A DNA stretch of 63,168 nt, filler included, from Octopus bimaculoides (lineage: Eukaryota), in assembly GCF_001194135.2 (NCBI RefSeq). It is 5 parts of 4 records of this genome, joined end to end, with 100 filler letters (N's around TTAATTAATTAA, not from the genome) between each part and the next. Parts side by side here need not be neighbours in the genome. Positions count along the whole stretch, not along the records: positions 1 to 16,084 come from NC_068994.1; 4 more parts are not named here. One strand, written 5' to 3'. The notes below the pieces were generated by a model. It saw only the letters and a list, made by a program, of their open reading frames with translations, had not been told where the DNA came from and made no database searches. Position 1 is the first letter of the stretch. Each line of letters starts with the position of its first letter. Shown piece after piece: positions 1-13,300 of the stretch. The translations under genes were made by a program, and so were the position numbers.

Positions 1-8
1 ATACTTAC

Positions 9-278
9 TGATTTGACCACAGCATTGACCAGCATCGGAGGAGGCTTTGGTTTTGCAGTTGGAGAAAGCCACTGACCATAGAGCTCCAACAGAAACTGGA
101 GGCAGGAATGGATGTCAAGGCCACTGACCGAAATTGACCTTTCTCGGCCTCCGTCCGTCGTCGACGGTGTCTGCTTCTTACGTTGGATGGGCGGACTCTC
201 CATAGACTCTGGACTGTCCGATTCGGACAGACTCATCTCTAGCATGCCAACTATGGCCCATATCGAATCGATAGAGAT
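9..278 (-). CDS. HTT: HTT exon: ISIDSIW...[21 protein letters not shown]...NAVVKS
   Basis: Acceptor aaaaccag, donor GTAAGT; 270 nt. Confidence 0.95.
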
Positions 279-449
279 CTGGTTTTGTGGACAGGAAAGA
301 AACGTGAGAGGAATTGTTTATGACAACAACAAAAAAAAAAAAAGAAAAGAAATCAAATTAAAAGATAAAAATGTAAAAGAACTCAGAAGAGAAAGAAAGA
401 AAGAGAGAGAAGTAGAGAAACTAAAAAAAGATTAAGAGATGTGTGTGTT

Positions 450-480
<31 letters not shown>

Positions 481-3400
481 AGGGAGAAAGATGGAGAGAG
501 AGAAAAGGGAAGAATTAGAAATTAAAAGAGAAATGTATAGGAAAAGAAAGTGAAAAAAATATATATATATATACATATACATACACACACACACGCACAT
601 ACAGAAAAAAAGGGGAGGCAAATCCTGCAAAAGGAGAGAGAAAGAGAGGGAAAAGGAAAAACAAAGAGGCAGAAACTAACAGAATGTGTGTGTGTGTTTT
701 GTTGTGGTACTGACCTGGCCAAGCATCAGTTCTTCTTCTCCGATTTCTCTCTCAAGATTTACCTCAAGCATCTGAAGGAAGGATGAATCAGGGTGGCCAT
801 TTCTGGAACTTGAATTACTGCTTATAGGACTAGAGGGAAAGAAAGAAAAAGATAATGTAGGTAGGGGTGTGGTTGTGTGGTAAGAAGAAGTTTGCTCCCC
901 AACCATATAATTGTGGGTTCAGTCCCACTGTGTGCATGTGACACCTTGGGCAAGTGTCTTCTACTATAGCCCCATACCAACCAAAGCCATGAGTGGATTT
1001 GGTAGACAGAAACTCAATCTTTACTAGTGAAAATTTAGTTCACAAGGAGTGCACACATGTCAAGATAAGTAAGAATATAGTGTCAGCCACGCACAAAATT
1101 TGGTTAAAAGAAATTAAAGAATTCTGCCTTACTTTGAGCTGCAGATACGCTGTATGTGTTGTTCAATGAAACCACGGAGTGTGGCAAGCTTCTTCCCACA
1201 TCTGAAATGAGATTAGTTTTGTATAAAAGTTTTAAAAGGTTTGATCGTGGAGAACTGAGAGACGAAGTGTAAATAAAATAACTTAGTCATCATTCAGCTA
1301 GTGTTAGGAACATAAATTGGGACTAAGGTTTGGTGGAAGATTTTAATTCAAAACTTAAGAAAACAAGACATTTGCACTCGGAGCCGAGTTGGTAACAAAA
1401 GGGTTAAGGGATTTGTCAATTGTCAACTGGGTGCTTTTCATGTGGTACCATCACCAGTACTATTTATGTAGTACCAGCACCAGTATTTTTTGTGTCTGGA
1501 AAAGAACATAAGTATAAAATTAAAAAAGAAAACAAGGAAAAGCTTTCAAAATTATAAATAATAATAATAATTATTATTATTCAAGACTTACTTTGTATGG
1601 AGAAATGCTAAAGGTTTATCCCGTGGGGCCATTTCATAGCGACTGTTAGAAGGATTGCCAGGGGAAGGTGTCAACATAGATTGTACTAATAAGGATGTTA
1701 TAGCTTTCACAGCCAAAACCATTGCTTGAGATCTTTCCATTTCTTCCTGAAATGAAAAAAGAGAAAGATAAATAATAAACATGAATCAGCTTCTTGATAG
1801 TCTTAAATATAAAAAGATGGGTGGTTTGGCATTAGCAATAGAGCATCAGATAAAATGTAATAGCAGTAGCAGTAGCAATTGTAGTAGGACTGCAGTAGTG
1901 GTAGCAACAATAGTCCTAGCATTGATAGTACTAGAAGTGGTTTAGTGCCAGTAGTAGTAGTAGTAGCTATAACAACGGTGGTTTCAAATTATGATGCAAG
2001 GCCAGCAATTTCAGGGCAGAGGGTAGGTCGAACCCAGTACTCAACTGGTACTTATGTTATTGACCCCGAAAGGATGAAAGGCAAAGTCGCTCTTGGTGCT
2101 ATTTGAACTCAGAACACGAAGACGGATAAAATGCCACTCAGCATTTTGTCCGGTATCCTAATGATATAGCCAGCTCACCACTTTAAAACTGTTATAATCA
2201 TATTAACATCGGTAATAGTAACAGCAGTAGTACTCAATACTTTGGCTGTGATGCTTAAAATACTAAACACACTCGACTTTTAAATTCAAAATGTTCAGTT
2301 TTCTTTTGCATTTAACCTTTCAGCATTTAAACTGGCTTTATCCGGTCTCTCACACTTACCCTGCAATGTCATGCTAAAAGTAAACAATCCCGTAATCGAA
2401 ATCTCAAAGCTATGAGACAATGCATGATTAAGTGAAAACAAGACGAAAAAGAGCACTCAGAGGGCACAAACCTCCGCCAAGGCAACACCAACGTCTTCTC
2501 AATGATTAGCCAAGGATTTTTAAAATGAAAATGTCTGAAATAAACTCGACTGTTCTCACAAACGAGAATACTAAAAATGAACCCGGTCGTTCTCAAAAAT
2601 TAAGTAAAAAAAAAACAGGAAAAATAATCCAGAATCCTTGTCCAGTACCGGATCAATCCCAAAATCTAATCAGTCTGTGCCAGTCACAAGGCCAAACATC
2701 TCTGAAAGTTTCATCTGGATCCATCCAGGGGTTCTTGAGATATTTTGCCCACGGACCAACAAACAAACATGATTAAAACCTGGGTTATATTAAAAGGTTA
2801 ATAAATAAGTAATAAGAGGTAATAAATAAGTATTACGTTTGATAAACTAATCTGAATGCTAAAGGGTTAAACGAGTCAAAAATTCTTGGAGACATATTAA
2901 AAAAAAAAAAGGACCCACCTCAGGAGAAAGATGTTCCTCTTCCATGGAGGGTGCAGAACTAACCACACCCAACAAACTCATCCAGGTTTCTTCAAACTGT
3001 TGTCGACTAATCCAACCTGGAAGAGACGAAGAGCATCCATCAAAAACACAAACACAGCAAAGTACCAACATCATCATCATCAGCGGCTTCATTACATAAT
3101 AATACAAGCACCACAGCATAAACTTCCTTTGAGTCCACTTTGTTGATCCAAGTTTAATTCACCCCAGTGGTAGTTATCTCATAAATGTCAGCAATGCTCT
3201 TGGGAAGTGCAATTTTTCAATTACCATTGTCACCAGCCTCCACAGTGATGTCAACAGAGCTGGTCACTCAATGGTAATTGAAACAGTGTCTCAAGTCCAC
3301 CCACGTTATCATTCTTTTCATACCCTGGTCAACTTTGCTTTTATCCTTCAAGTAGCCAATAAAGTATCAGACAAGTTGCTAGAGTCAATACAATCAACTG

Positions 3401-4307
3401 AAACCCTTACAGGTTTACCTCAGCTCAAAGACAGTCCAATGACTGAAAACAGTAAAAAAAAATTTAATAATAATAATAATAACAATAATTTCATTTATTT
3501 GTTTGCCAAAATCCTTTCTAGTATAAGCACAAAGCCTAAAATTTGTAGGGAAAGGGTTAGTTGATTACAATGAACCCAATGTTCAAATGGTACTTATTTT
3601 AACAACCCTGAAATGATAAAAGGCAAAGTTGACCTCGGCAGAGTTTGAACTCAGGGTATAAAGATGGGCAAAAATGCCACGATGCATTTTGTCCAACGTG
3701 CTAATGATTCTGCCAACTTCTGAAATTCAAAAGATAGTGTTCATGGGAACTGCCCATATCCTACGCAAAATACTTTCTATGTAATCTCAAATTTTAAAAC
3801 TAACTCATAATTTTCTTATTTTTTCTTAAACATCCTCTAGAACAATACTATGTACAAAACCAAATATATGGCACCCTAGGCATAACACCAACATGAACTT
3901 CTAATTTGTTGTTTCTTGAGGTCTCTGGGTGAGACTTGGAGCCAACTTGTACAATTGCAAAGCAAAAGTCAAAGATAAAATAATAATATCAATAATATGT
4001 TAACAAACCTAAAGAATTGACTCTGAAGACAAACTCTTTCAGGACTTCCTTGTCCAGCAGATAGTCTAACGGTAATGGAGGTAACTTGGTCCGCATCTCC
4101 CCACTTGGTGAGGGCATCCAGCCCATCTTCCAGACAAGGGGTGGTGTTCGAGCATAACTGTTCAACAAAGGTAGCCGGGCAAGACCTGACAAAGTTTGAG
4201 GGTTCACAAAGAATTGAAAAGAAAAAGTGGAAATGAGTAAGAAACAGTTTGGCATCCAGAATGGTAATCTACAGAAAAACACAGAAGAGAAAAAAAAAAC
4301 ATCATCA

Positions 4308-4341
<34 letters not shown>

Positions 4342-7300
4342 AAGTATGTGAAGCAGGATTAAAGGGTTAATTGAGAGAATTAAGAATTGTTTCAGATAAT
4401 CACACAAGATGCATATACATGTGCACAAAGTTAGATTAGTTTAGAGATGTGAAGAGGAGAATTTAAGAGGCAGAGAGGTAGATTCATAGAAGGAAAAAGA
4501 AAGGCAGAGAGATGGATAGAAAAAAAGAGAGAGATGCTGAGAAAGATGAGAGAGAGAGAGAGAGAGGAAGATAGAAAAACAGAGTAAGATAAAGAAGAGA
4601 GAGAGAATGGAATCTAGAGATAAAGTGGGGAGAAAGGTGAAAAGTGGGAGTGAGAGAGAGAGAAGAGAGTGAGATAATGTTAAAGGGAGAAAAAGAAAAA
4701 AAGAGAGACAGAGTAACAAGAGGGAAAGAGAGAAAATCTGTACATTACCAACAATGATTTTACGAATGGGAGCAATCAAAAAGAGTGGCAGATGTTGATC
4801 CATTTGGCAACTGAGGCTGAGATGAGAGCGCAGACAATGCACCAGTTCAGATATATGATCACAGGACACAACCACATGGTGGTAATCTAGGGAAAGACAA
4901 AAGTAGAAAAGAGAGAGTAAGAATAATACAAGACATGTCAAAACGTATAAGAAACGAGTTATGGTTAATTACATTATAATTAACTAATTAACCTCATCTT
5001 TAAAGAAGAAATACGTTTTTTTTACAATATTTATATCTGCATCATGCCAGGTGAAATGCTTAGCGGTATTTCATCTGCCGCTACGTTCTGAGTTCAAATT
5101 CTGCCGAGGTCGACTTTGCCTTTCATCTTTGCGGGGTCGATTAAACAAGTACCAGTTACGCACTGGGGTCAATGTAATCGACTAAATCCCTTTGTCTGTC
5201 CTTGTTTGTCCCCTCTAAGTTTAGCCCCCAGTGGGCAATAAAGAAATAAATATTTATATCTCCAAAACATTTCAATCTCCGATCATCATCAGGTATTTTA
5301 TTCCAAGATGACTTCACACATGTCAAATGTCTTCTGTCATCCACACTACAGACAATTTCTTTAATGCCTTTATTTTCTTCTCCCAGCTTATCCATGATCC
5401 ACCATTCATGCATGCTGATATTACTCATCTAACAGAACAATGCTTGCATCATTTGTGTATATAATACACAAGGGTTGGCAGAATTGTTAGCACAAAAGAT
5501 GAATTGCTGAGTGATATTTCATGTCTTCACATGATGAGTTCACATTCTGCTAAGGTTGACTTTGCCTTTCATCCTTTTGAGTTTGATAAAATAAGTACCA
5601 GTTGAGCACTGGGGTCGATGTAATCGACTTAATAAAACTCCTAGGTAAGTGTATAAAAACTGCACCCCTCTACCAAGCCATGTCAAGCCAGTGTGGAAGA
5701 GTAGGCTCATCAAACTAGTATGGTCTCAAGTTCAAATTCACAGCCTCCACATCAGACCATGGTTGGTGGAGAAAACATGCTGAGGTCATCATCCTACAAT
5801 GGACTAAACATTGGCAATCCAATCCACAAGTAATGGGCACCAGTAAATAAAAAGCAATTTTAAGTGAATGTGGTCAAGTTTACTTACCATCAAAACTCTG
5901 TTTTGGCTGATCATCATGGACATCTTGGTTGGGTAGAATGGCCAGTTTCATACCAGGGAGAACCATTACTGCAACCATTGAAAGTTTGACAACAATAAGT
6001 GAGGAAAAGAAAGAAAGAAAAAAAAACATGAGAATCCTTATATAAAATAAAATTTTGTAGCTTTATAGATTCACAAAAATAGCAAATGGAAATTAGAAGT
6101 AATAATAGTTATCTGTCCCATGTGCTGGTATGGACATGTCCACCGTTTCCGGCTAGACCATCCTACCAGGGCTTTACTCTCATTTGATGAGCAGCTGTGG
6201 CTGGAAGAGGTCTTGTGGCTGGATGTGATTGGGGAAGAATTCCAGAGGATTGACATCACCTTGGAGGATGCAATGGGGTTGGCACGAGACTGCCATTGAT
6301 AGAGAACACTAGTGGACCTGGTCACCTCTGTGCACGGTGACACCTGCTGGACCACTAATTTGTCATGACCTCAGCCCCATCAAGGAAAAGCATGAAGCCA
6401 GCCGAGCTTAGACAATTCTATTCATCTGATGTCCTTCAATAAGGATGTTTGTATTATATTTTGTAACAAGAATGCTAAGTACTGCTCTCTTCTCTCCCAA
6501 TTGCTAAACCACTAATGCTCTATGAAGAAAAAGAACACACATTCCATGAATTTCTTCCAGACTGTAATCATTTTCCATCAATAAGAAACATCTGGCTTCA
6601 TAGGATGTTTAATTAATATAACCCAGGTTATATCATACTGATGATTTCTAAAAGGAATGAAATAGTCTAAGTGGTAATCTCATGTGGGTTGGTACTAAAA
6701 GGGTTAGTCATAAGACTGTTCCATCAGAATCAACTTGGTGCTTTAAATAACAACCAACCAACCAATGATCTTTAAATACCATTCACAAACATTCCTCAAA
6801 GATATCAAAATGAAAAAAAAACAAACACTGTAACCTGTAACTTACAGGATTCTAACAAACGATAGACAGTCTTCACACAAGTGCAAACCCAGCTTATGTG
6901 ATCTTTTTGTCCGACCACATTAGCAAGCTGCGGGTTCTGCAATACCACAGAGAGGCCTTCGAGAGCTATTTGGATTTGGTTTGATGGAGGAAGTGTAGAA
7001 TGCTGGATGAGCCAATTTATCATCTGACAAAAAGAAAAGAAGAAAAAAAAAACATTAGAATCCTTTTGTGACCAAATTTTTAACAAGTACATGTTCTACC
7101 AGATCTGCATTTTAATTTTGGAAAATAATCAGGAATTCAGAGACGTTTAGTGAAATAAGCAACTTATGATTTTTGAAAAGAATATGTTTACTTATCCATT
7201 AGTTTTTACTGGTTTCTACCAAAACACACAGCAGCATAGGGTAGTTTTTCTACCTGCCCAGCTCTTGTCAACCATTCTACCTGTGCATGCATGGACGACG

Positions 7301-10300
7301 GACATTAAACAATGATGATGATGATGATGATGGGCTTTTACTGAATTCATTCACAAGGCATCAGCCATCCTGGGGCTTTAGTAGAAGACACTTGAAACAA
7401 GGTGCCATGCAGTGGGACCACATGGCAGCAAAGCAAGTTTCTTAACCCCACACAGCCATGCCTGTACTTATATATATAAAATATGTATGTGTGTGATTAT
7501 ATATATATATAACCACTCTATATATATATATATAGCGTATATAACCACTCTCTGAGTGGTTGGCGTCAGGAAGGGCATCCAGCTGTAGAAACTCTGCCAA
7601 ATTTAGATTGGAGCCTGGTGTTGCCATCTGGTTTCACCAGTCCTCAGTCAAATCGTCCAACCCATGCTAGCATGGGTTGGACGATTTGACTGAGGACTGG
7701 TGCAACCGGATGGCTACACCAGGCTCCNNNNNNNNNNTGCCATCTGGTTTCACCAGTCCTCAGTCAAATCGTCCAACCCATGCTAGCATGGAAAGCGGAC
7801 GTTAAACGATGATGATGATGATGATATACCAGGTTTTTAAAAAAAGTAAATAAGTACTAGGGTCAATTCATCATCATCATCACCATCGTTTAACGTCCGC
7901 TTTCCATGCTAGCATGGGTTGGACGATTTGACTGAGGACTGGTGCAACCGGATGGCTACACCAGGCTCCAATCTCATTTGATTAAAAATTCTGCAAGGCA
8001 GTGCCCCAGCATGGCCACAGTCTAAACTGAAATAAGTAAAAGATAAAGATCTAAACCATGTATTTACTCTATTTCATTTCATAATAGGGTCTAAAAAATT
8101 ATCTTTTCCTATGGTTTACAATTAGAATTAGGGGTTAAGGAGGCCAAAAGCAGTGGTGACAGTTGTGAGTGGGTGGTGGGGGTGATAGTGGTAACCATGG
8201 TGACAAGAATAAGAGTCAACAGCCAGGTGCTTACCTCTAGTGTTAGTATGATAAACCGACAGACGTCTGTCTGTGACTCCTGAGGCACTGCCGGCTGCCA
8301 TGGAAACAACATCAATGACTGCAGATACTGCAGCAGTGAGGCAGCAAACTGGAACACAGCATCCATCCAGGCAGCATCTATAAAGAAATCCTCCATCTTC
8401 TCCTGGTATTGGATTTCACAAGGACTCATAGGAATTCCAGGAGGGGGGAAATCAACAAGGACCTGAAAAAAAGGAGGGGGTGAAGAAGAAAAAAAAGAGA
8501 GAAAATGAAACATTGAAGATAGATTTCACAGAAGATTCAAATTTTTCTGACAAAAAGACATTTACTGTCCTGGAACAGAGAATCTTGAAGCACACATAAG
8601 GCTATAAATAACTGGCACTTATTCGGTTACGACGATGAGTGTTAGAATTGATCCAATCAACAGAACAGCTGGCTTGTGAAATTAATGTTAGCAAGTGGCT
8701 GAGTAACCCACAGACAGGTGGACCTTTAACATAGTCCTCAGAGAGGTTCAGTGTGACACAGACTGTGACAAAGCTGGCTCTTTTGAAATACAGGTTCTAC
8801 TCAATTTTGCCAGCTGAGTGGATTGGATCAATGTGAAATAAAGTGTCTTGCTCAAGGACACAATGCATTAGTGGGAATTGAACTCACAACTTCACAATCA
8901 TGAGCTGAATGCCCTAACCACTAAGCCACATGCCTTCCTGTAAATATTGGGTTAAAAAAAGCCTTTTTGGATAGAAAAATTTGAAGGCTGTCTACAGATG
9001 TGAATTCATATCCCACAAATAACCTTTGATTTTCTGCCCAAAAGGAATTTTTCAACCCAATATTTAATGCTGTTATTTATAGCTTTATGTGCTGTGCTTC
9101 GAGATCCACTGTTCCAGCAAAAGAATTATTTTACATTCTCTTAAAAGTTAACCAATTCTTATGATATCAACAAAAATATTTACATACCCATGCCAGTGAC
9201 ATGTAAAAAGGCCCCAGTGCCGGCGACACATAAAAGGCCTCTGTGCCGGTGCCACGTAAAAGGCACCTGTATTGGTGACACATGAAAGGCATGCAGGGCC
9301 CTCTCTGCAAAATGACTGGATGTTAGGAAAGGAATCCAGCCATAGAAACCAAACCCAAAAAAGAGCCTGGTGCAGCTCTGCAGCTGCAGTCAAACCGTCT
9401 AACCCATACCAGCATGGAAAATAGGCATTAAATGATTATGATGATGATGATGATAATGATGATGATGATGATGATCCAGTCTGGCATTAGTTGCCATGGC
9501 TAAAACAAACTAGAGTTATGTATAGATTAATGCCAGACAGGATTCAAACTAGGGACAGCGAAAAATGGTTAAATAAGGCAAAGAAAAAAAAAAAGGGGGT
9601 AGAAAGTAAAAAATAGTTACCTGGTGTGGAACAGGGAGCATATTAATCACGCTGTTAATGTGTCGGAAGAGCATGAGCTGGGCGGCCTGGAACAGGGGTT
9701 CGTATGTGACTTCGGACGAACGGGACATATTCACAGGTTCACCACGTAAACATGACGACATCTCGTCCATGCGGTGTTGTTCAAGAGTGCATAAGGTGCC
9801 TAATGAGATGCACTCTTTCAAAATAGAAGGGCTGAACTCCTGCAATGAATATAAGAACAAAACAACTATGACAATACCCTCTAGACTACAAACTGGGAGT
9901 TTTGGAGGAGTATTTATGCTATTTCTTTGTTTTTTATGTGTGTGAAGTTGTACTTTGTCTAGTGTGGTAAGAAGCTTGCTTTTCAACTACGGATGAAAGG
10001 CAAAGTCAACCTCAGCAGAATTTGAACTCAGAACATAGCGGCGGACAAAATACCGCTAAGCATTTCGCCTGGCGTGCTAAGGTTTCTTATTTCTTTATTG
10101 CCCACAAGGAGCTAAACATAGAGGGAACAAACAAGGAAAGACAAAGGGATTAAGTCGACTACATCGACCCCAGTGCGTAACTGGTACTTATTTTATCGAC
10201 CCTGAAAGGATGAAAGGCAAAGTTGACCTCGGCGGAATTTGAACTCAGAATGTAATGGCAGACAAAATACCTTTAAGCATTTCGCCCGGTGTGCTAACGA

Positions 10301-13300
10301 TTCTGCTAGCTCACTGCCTTCACACGTTATCAATAATGAAAACAAAAGATTTTAAAATAAAAAAAGAAAAGAAAGCGTTGTACAAGAATTTGTACCTTGG
10401 CCATGATAACTGTCAATATATCAGCATAGTCAAGTTTTTGTAAGAGCAGGGCACATTCTCTTGTGTTGGGTTCTGCGCCAAAACATTGATCCTTAACAAC
10501 AGATAGATACCATTCCTGCAAAGAAAACAGCAAAAGGTTTATTTCTCTTTTAAAAGTGCAAGAAATCATATAACTGGGAAATGGCTTTAATGGGGTTTTT
10601 TAAATAAATAAAAAAAAAATTCCAAATTAGATTATAATTCACTATTTAATATTTTTTAAAAATTCAAAATGATTTCTTTTCATGATTTAAAATTTTTATA
10701 AACAGCAGTAATTAGTTAAATAATTAAAGGTCTGGAATATGTTGAGAGGTGATTTATTATCAAAACGAGTCAAGTTTTAATAACAGAGCCAATTGGAGTT
10801 AAGAGAATAATTTACTTTAAATCTTAGCTTACCTTGTCAACGGTGATATCTGCAACAGGTGGTGTTGGTAAAGATAACGGGTGTGTTCTTTCAGGAGATA
10901 AATTACAGCTGTTGGTTGGGCAGAGAACTTGATGGAATTTGCTCAGAAGAGAGGCCAACCGTGCATGACTATGAAACAATCAAAGTTATAAGAAAGAGCA
11001 ATGATGGTGAATGTTTACAGACAGAATAATAAACACACACACACACACACACACACACATTCCTTCATGCATGTATAATATTCATCAACATTGTTTAATG
11101 TCCATTTCCATGCTGGCATGGGTTGGACGGTTTGACAGGAGCTGGCCAGCCAGGGAGCTGTCCAAACAACAAATTGTCTGTTGTGGCATGGTTTCTATGG
11201 TTGGAGGCCCTTGCTAATAGCACCAACCACTTTCCAGAGTGTGCTGGATGCTTTTAATGTGCTACCAGCAGAGGTGCATTTACACAGCAGTGACACGAGT
11301 GCATTTTACATGGCACTGGTACCTGTAAAAGACAAGCTTGTATGTATGGATGACTGATTTCACTTACCACACACACACACACACACACACACATGATGGG
11401 CTTCTTTCAGTTGCTGTCTTCTAAATCCACTCACAAGATTTTGGTCAACCTGAAGCTATAGTAGAAGACACTTTCCCAAGGTGTCACACAGTAGGACTGA
11501 ACCTGCAACCATGTGGTTAGGATGCAAACTTCTTACCACACAGCCACAGACTCATACCGGAGCATCATCCTTAAGAGACAAGTGAACAGAACCTATCAAC
11601 CTCATTAAAGCATTATTTCAACAACTACAGAATACAAACCATGTTCAAGAAGAAAATACTTACCGTTTAGCTAGTCCATTGTTTTTTATGAACTGCACTA
11701 GTTTCTCCAAGTCTTCTAATGGTAATTGGTTACTGCTTTCCTAAAACAAACATCCACAAAGAATTACAAACGCAGAGGTATAATTAATTAGCTACAAAGA
11801 CTGATGTAAATATATACAGGAAGATATGAGAAGCACCGATTTCAGGTGTTTTTTACGTGCCACCTGCACAGGAGCCAAATTTATTGTATGAGACCCTTCA
11901 AGGTGGCGCTGAAGCATGGCCACAGTCAAATAACTGAAACAAGTAAAAGATAAAAAATATCTGTACGCATACATGCATAATTGTCCGAGACGGTTCACAA
12001 AAGAATTCAAATGTAAATGTATGCCATCTGACCCCATGTATGCGTATCCATGTGCAAGTTCCCATGTCCTGTAGTCACGTTCATGCATTACAGAGAAAAG
12101 AATCAATCATATCAGAGCAAGAAGAACTTACTTCAACCACTTCTGCAAGAAGTGTCTCAAGCCGTCTGCAGGCAATACTGTCACAAATGCGGGCCACAGA
12201 TAAATGGTGTGTGTGCAGGAATTTGTCAATTAGCAAAGTCAAAAGTGCACCGCTCTGGCTCAGGTGGATCGCTTCTAAACACTGCAGAGTTTTCTTCACA
12301 AGAGATGGCTACAAATAAACAAATAAATAAATCAATATCATGATCATGATCATGATCATCATCATCATCTAACATTTGTTTTCCATGGTGGTATGGGTTG
12401 GACAGTTTGACAGGAGCTGGAAAGCCAGAAAGATGCTCCAAAAATAGATGAATAAAAAATGTCACAAGACAGAAAGGTCATTTGTATGTTCATTGAACAT
12501 TGTAGTCCTCAATATACAAAAATGACAAGATGGTCACAACTGGAATGTCTTTGATTACAGTTTGCTCCATTAAGGTTGACATGGAGTTCATCACCATCGT
12601 CAATCAACCAATCAATCAATCATTATCAATCATTCTACTGCTGCAAGGGACGGCTGTGTGATTAAGAAGCTCACTCCACAACCATGGGATCTTAAGTTCA
12701 ATCCTAGTGCATAACACCTTTAGCAAATGTACTTTTACCACAGGTATTACAACCAAGAACTCTGCCATTTCATTGATTTGAGAAGAAGGAAGGGCAAAGT
12801 TAGCCTTGGCAGGATTTGAACTCAGAACATAATTAACCCATAAAGCGCTGGGATTTGCACTTACATAGCATGGACTCGCTGAGCACATTTTAATGAAAAT
12901 GAGACTACCATACACACATAAAAATCAAAAAATAGTTAAAATATCTTTTTAGTATATAATGGTGGTAAGTTTTACATCATCTGAAAAGTCATTAGTCAAA
13001 CTATTAGACCTCTTGCATTCTGGTGGGTATTGGTGCGTTTGAGTGACATTAGACCCAAACAAACATCCATAAATTAAATGCTTCTATCTGGGCCACGATC
13101 GTGGCCCATTGCGTTGTATGTGTTAATTGAGAAAGTAAAAGTGACAAATTAACAGAAGGATTAAAGCAGAGGACAGAATGCCTTGTGGTATTTGTTGCAG
13201 CCCTTCTGTATCCCTCACTATCAGAACTGGCACCAAGAAGGTGGCAGGAAAGGAGCACTGACATTGTGATCCTACCAAAACCTTCACTATCACACACATA

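Noticed and set aside
5156-5450. [13 protein letters not shown]... inside HTT
   Set aside because: Decayed RTE fragment running into a SINE; not homologous to HTT.
6071-6355. Minus-strand ORF ([10 protein letters not shown]...) with an AG in the right phase to be an HTT exon
   Set aside because: No HTT similarity; it is the antisense of an RTE-like LINE tail. The true exon is 5888-5968.
6630-6675. ctgatga...gaaa tagtc hammerhead-like string
   Set aside because: No G10.1-C11.1 pair, helix III incomplete and helix I poorly paired; cannot be distinguished from chance.
7635-7737. Perfect 68-bp palindrome centred on catgctagcatg next to a 10-N gap
   Set aside because: Both arms duplicate the neighbouring forward (7738+) and reverse (7910-7969) repeat copies and pivot on a palindromic 12-mer; most likely an assembler fold-back.
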